From IMG/VR virus record IMGVR_UViG_3300045988_089680, positions 11,055 through 75,054 of that record: a DNA stretch of 64,000 nucleotides, one strand, 5' to 3'. The position numbers were made by a program, and so were the translations under genes. The notes beneath the pieces are model-generated. The model was not told the origin of the DNA and made no database searches. It saw only the letters and a program-made list of their open reading frames with translations. This DNA comes from a virus. Positions 63,369-64,000 of the stretch are shown piece after piece. The number at the start of each line of letters is the position of its first letter. Position 1 is the first letter of the stretch.

Positions 63369-64000
63369 ATGAGACAGTCAGTTTTAGAAATTAAAGAACT
63401 CGCTAATAGAGCAGGACAAGGTATAAGTATGGACCCAGAACGTATGGGCGCAAGTCTTTTACAAGAGTGCGAGAGCGGTTTGAACTCTTTCTTAGCACAA
63501 ATCCCCGAAGAACTGCAAAACGAGTACGAGAAACGTTATATCTCTAAGTATAGCGAATGGCTTCATGCTTTGAGTCGAACATTCTCAGTAATGGTAACTG
63601 GAGCAGGTAATTTCAACAACCGCAGACATCAGAAGATGAATGATTACGAGCAATCTGCACGTGAGCGTTTTGAGACTTGGAAAGAGAAGGTTGTGAAGCG
63701 TATAAACCGCCAACAGCGTTTGGTAGGTTGGGAGGAAGTTGAGCGTTTGCAGAGCAAGCTCGACACGCTTACTGAACTGCAGGAGAAAATGAAATCAGTG
63801 AACAAGATCGTCAGAAATGGTAAATTATCAGACGAAGAGCAGCGTGAAGAACTCGAAGCTCTCGGATTGTCCGAGAGTTCAATAAACGGGTTAATGGCAG
63901 AACCTCCGTATTCATTCATGAAGAAAGGTTTTCAAACATATCAACTCTCAAATAATCTTGCCAAAATTAAAGACACAGAGCAGGCTATTAAGCGCCATAC
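63369..64000 (+). CDS. hypothetical protein, 3'-truncated by the window end
   Basis: ATG at 63369, then an open frame to position 64000 (hand translation MRQSVLEIKELANRAGQG...). Absent from the track because it has no stop codon. Confidence 0.55.
   Translation, partial: MRQSVLEIKELANRAGQGISMDPERMGASLLQECESGLNSFLAQIPEELQNEYEKRYISKYSEWLHALSRTFSVMVTGAGNFNNRRHQKMNDYEQSARERFETWKEKVVKRINRQQRLVGWEEVERLQSKLDTLTELQEKMKSVNKIVRNGKLSDEEQREELEALGLSESSINGLMAEPPYSFMKKGFQTYQLSNNLAKIKDTEQAIKRH

Larger units (their letters stand above)
1..64000. mobile_element. Segment of a temperate siphovirus-like phage/prophage genome (Bacteroidota-type host)
   Basis: Continuous phage modules (terminase, capsid, tape measure, lysis, integrase, repressors, replication). 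Repeated TAnnTTTG -7 boxes with TTTG -33 boxes. No obvious host housekeeping genes. Confidence 0.85.

Overview
The whole 64 kb window is tailed-phage DNA. It looks like a temperate siphovirus-like phage or prophage of a Bacteroidota-type host, because TTTG/TAnnTTTG promoters recur throughout. About 90% of genes are on the + strand. Left to right: a ParB-like and ATP-grasp pair, small and large terminase, a promoter-driven cassette of small genes plus RadC, then head genes (scaffold, capsid, connectors). Next come tail genes (tube, chaperone, 1703-aa tape measure, tip and fibres), lysis genes, a cargo region, and a minus-strand lysogeny block (tyrosine integrase, HsdR_N-like nuclease, repressors). 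Last is a long early region with recombination, replication and many small ORFs. The strongest signal is a complete diversity-generating retroelement (DGR) inside the tail-fibre cluster. Its 111-bp VR and TR differ almost only at TR adenines, it has no Avd gene, and its reverse transcriptase carries a roughly 185-aa C-terminal extension. Other notable items: a 110-nt tRNA-like element with no anticodon arm between tail genes; an AGAGCAATG motif repeated 14 times at gene starts; and three copies of a ~105-115 bp promoter module. There is also an iteron plus AT-rich origin-like region, phased 11-bp repeats next to the integrase, two ORFs interrupted by a C7 tract or an in-frame TAA, and no recognisable portal gene. 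All functions are inferred by eye from motifs and gene order; no database search was run.
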